Source of the DNA: Candidatus Raskinella chloraquaticus
GTDB lineage: Bacteria > Pseudomonadota > Alphaproteobacteria > Rhizobiales > UBA4765
Direction of reading: 5' to 3'
Assembly: GCA_002365175.1 (NCBI GenBank)
Contig: DEZK01000016.1
Location: 1,352-65,351, forward strand
DNA length: 64,000 bases
The notes below the pieces were generated by a model. The model did not search any database and was not told the DNA's origin. It was given only the letters and a program-made list of their open reading frames with translations. The translations under genes were made by a program, and so were the position numbers. Numbering within the stretch: position 1 is the stretch's first letter; the number at the start of each line of letters is the position of its first letter. Positions 61,809 through 64,000 of this stretch are shown here, in pieces.

Positions 61809-63116
61809 ATGATCCCCCGCTATGCTCGTCCCGCCATGACAGCCATCTGGTCGCCAGAAACGCGCTTCCGTATCTGGTTTGAAATCGAGGCGCACGCGAC
61901 CGATGCGCTGGCCGAGCTTGGCGTTGTGCCGAAATCCGCAGCGGCTCTCATCTGGGAGAAGGGAGACAAGGCCAGTTTCGACAGCGCCCGCATCGATGCA
62001 ATCGAGCGCGAGGTGAAGCACGACGTCATCGCCTTTCTCACCCATGTGAGCGAAATCGTGGGCCCTGAAGCGCGTTTCCTGCACCAGGGCCTCACCTCAT
62101 CGGACGTGCTTGATACCTGCCTTGCCGTTCAATTAAGCCGCGCTGCCGATCTTCTGCTTGCCGATCTCGACGCGCTGCTGGCCGCCCTGAAAAAGCGCGC
62201 CTATGAGCATAAATTGACCGCTTGCGTCGGTCGCTCGCATGGCATCCATGCCGAGCCAACGACGTTTGGCATCAAACTGGCAACTTACTACGCGGAATTT
62301 CAGCGTGCCCGCGCCCGGCTGGTGACGGCGCGCGCTGAAATCGCCACCTGCGCCATCTCAGGGGCGGTCGGCACGTTTGCCAATGTCGATCCGCGTGTCG
62401 AAGCCCATGTGGCAGCGAAGCTAGGCCTGGCCGTCGAGCCAGTGTCGACCCAGGTGATCCCGCGCGACCGCCATGCCGCTTTCTTCACCGCCCTTGCCGT
62501 GGTCGCTTCCTCGATTGAGCGGCTTGCCACCGAAGTGCGCCATCTCCAGCGCTCGGAAGTGCTGGAAGCGGAAGAATTCTTCGCCCCTGGCCAGAAGGGT
62601 TCATCCGCCATGCCACACAAGCGCAATCCGGTCCTGAGTGAAAACCTCACCGGTCTTGCCCGTATGGTGCGCGCCTATGCGACGCCAGCCCTTGAGAATG
62701 TGGCGCTGTGGCATGAGCGCGATATCTCGCATTCTTCCGTCGAGCGCTATATCGGTCCCGACGCCACCATCACGCTTGATTTCGCGCTTGGCCGCGTCAC
62801 CGATCTCATCGAGCGCCTGGTCGTGTACCCGCAAAACATGCAGGCCAATCTCGACCGCCTCGGCGGGCTTGTCCATTCGCAGCGCGTGCTGCTGGCGCTG
62901 ACGCAGGCAGGCGCCTCGCGCGAGGACTCCTATCGCCTCGTTCAGCGCAACGCCATGCCGGTCTGGCGCGGTCAGGGCGACTTCCTGTCCCTGTTGAAGG
63001 CCGACAGCGAAGTGACTCATTTCCTGAGCGAAAAGACCATCGCGGACTGCTTCGACCTTGGCTACCATTTCAAACATGTGGATACCATTTTCGCCCGTGT
63101 CTTTGGTACGGCTTGA
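61809..63116 (+). CDS. purB: Adenylosuccinate lyase
   Basis: MIPRY, KHDVIAF, GRSHGIHAEP, GSSAMPHKRNP signature. Confidence 0.98.
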   Translation: MIPRYARPAMTAIWSPETRFRIWFEIEAHATDALAELGVVPKSAAALIWEKGDKASFDSARIDAIEREVKHDVIAFLTHVSEIVGPEARFLHQGLTSSDVLDTCLAVQLSRAADLLLADLDALLAALKKRAYEHKLTACVGRSHGIHAEPTTFGIKLATYYAEFQRARARLVTARAEIATCAISGAVGTFANVDPRVEAHVAAKLGLAVEPVSTQVIPRDRHAAFFTALAVVASSIERLATEVRHLQRSEVLEAEEFFAPGQKGSSAMPHKRNPVLSENLTGLARMVRAYATPALENVALWHERDISHSSVERYIGPDATITLDFALGRVTDLIERLVVYPQNMQANLDRLGGLVHSQRVLLALTQAGASREDSYRLVQRNAMPVWRGQGDFLSLLKADSEVTHFLSEKTIADCFDLGYHFKHVDTIFARVFGTA

Positions 63117-63128
63117 GACACCAGCCCG

Positions 63129-63905
63129 GTGCTGACCCGCCTGGCCCTCATCGCCACCGCACACGCCGATCCTGCCGCCCGCCGGCTTGGTCTTGCAGCC
63201 GACAGCGCCGGCCTGTGGTTTCGCTCCCGCCGCTTGCGTCGGCACTGGGCGGACCATGAAAACCATTGCCATCAGGCGATCACCCGCGCCATTGCCGGGC
63301 TCACGCCAAGGCGCACCGTGCTCGTGCTGGGCTCCGGGCAATTGCGCGATATTCCCCTGGCTCTCCTGGCACACACCTTCGATAGTGTTCTGCTGGTCGA
63401 CGCTGTTCACCTCTGGCCGGCTCGCCGGCAGGCCGGCCGCTTCGCCAATGTCCGATGTGTCACCAGCGATGTCACGGGCCGGCTGGCGCAGTTTGCCTTT
63501 GGTTTTGCGCCGAACCCTCCTCTCGCTACCGTTAAAGCCGATGACAGCATCGATCTGACGATCTCGGCCAATATCCTCTCCCAGCTGCCGATTGCCGCAG
63601 AGGAATGGCTGGAACGGCACGGCAGGCCACCCGCCGACATCGCGGCAATGGCTCATCAGCTGGTGGGCGAACATCTTGCAGCCCTGACCCGCCTGCCCGG
63701 TCGTGTCTGCCTTCTGAGCGACATCGAGATGCAGGAGCGTGATCGCTCGGGTACCATCCTCGCCCGCCACGATCTGCTGGCAGGCCATACCCTGCCCGCG
63801 CCCGATGACGCATGGCTCTGGCCCGTGGCGCCGTTTGGCATGGCGCAAAAGGAGCGCGCCTATCTCCATCACTCTGTCGCCATCAGTGATTTCAAAGCGG
63901 CTTGA
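63129..63905 (+). CDS. Hypothetical protein with SAM/Rossmann-like motifs
   Basis: VLVLGSG.LRDIP, VLLVD, DVTG, ISANILSQLP; 12 bp after purB. Confidence 0.75.
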   Translation: MLTRLALIATAHADPAARRLGLAADSAGLWFRSRRLRRHWADHENHCHQAITRAIAGLTPRRTVLVLGSGQLRDIPLALLAHTFDSVLLVDAVHLWPARRQAGRFANVRCVTSDVTGRLAQFAFGFAPNPPLATVKADDSIDLTISANILSQLPIAAEEWLERHGRPPADIAAMAHQLVGEHLAALTRLPGRVCLLSDIEMQERDRSGTILARHDLLAGHTLPAPDDAWLWPVAPFGMAQKERAYLHHSVAISDFKAA

Positions 63906-63956
63906 TAGCCCGACTTCGCCCTTGCCCGATGCCGCGCCCTCATGGCATGGGGCGCT

Positions 63957-64000
63957 ATGCGCACCTCCGATATCGATATCCTCATGGTTCCCGGCTGGAC
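63957..64000 (+). CDS. Start of probable YdeN/RBBP9-family alpha/beta hydrolase (runs off window)
   Basis: MRTSDIDILMVPGW resembles this family's N-terminus. Confidence 0.5.
   Translation, partial: MRTSDIDILMVPGW

Overview
Alphaproteobacterial (Hyphomicrobiales-like) chromosomal window with three zones. (1) 1-~37250 reads as the distal part of a decayed genomic island/ICE integrated in dusA. The displaced 5' end of dusA (..WRFCVAPMMD) and three arm-like ATTTCGCA repeats lie at 37112-37299. Mobility and addiction genes are broken: traG has a nonsense codon, the CopG-like gene appears internally deleted, trb genes are absent, the IS3 is frameshifted, IS630 and IS5 ends are present, and hipA has lost its start. 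The catabolic cargo is intact: peptide ABC + amidase + racemase; LIV ABC + acyl-CoA enzymes + LysR; a C3-sulfonate (DHPS) operon hpsNOP/hpsR with an atypical ABC importer and an embedded DegT-family PLP enzyme; and a phosphodiesterase + Ugp-like transporter lacking its ATPase. (2) ~37300-52300 is a patchwork: MCP, higB pseudogene/higA, SigF-NrsF-YHS with two GTAACC-N16-CGAA promoters, cydA relic, wbpA/wbpB, dpaL, PTP-like, AhpD-like, LysR, ChrR-like cupin, globin-coupled sensor. (3) ~52300-64000 is core-like: SDRs, CDF, pepN, pleC-like kinase, rpe, purB. The best candidate for an undescribed system is the hps operon variant, where the aminotransferase could feed an amino-sulfonate such as cysteinolate into the HpsO/HpsP ketone intermediate. 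Small palindromic elements also stand out: a 34-bp insert in the IS3, a ~100-bp in-frame palindrome in pleC, and a 270-bp MITE in the pleC stop codon. No rRNA, tRNA or CRISPR array was seen. All family assignments come from motif recognition, not database searches.
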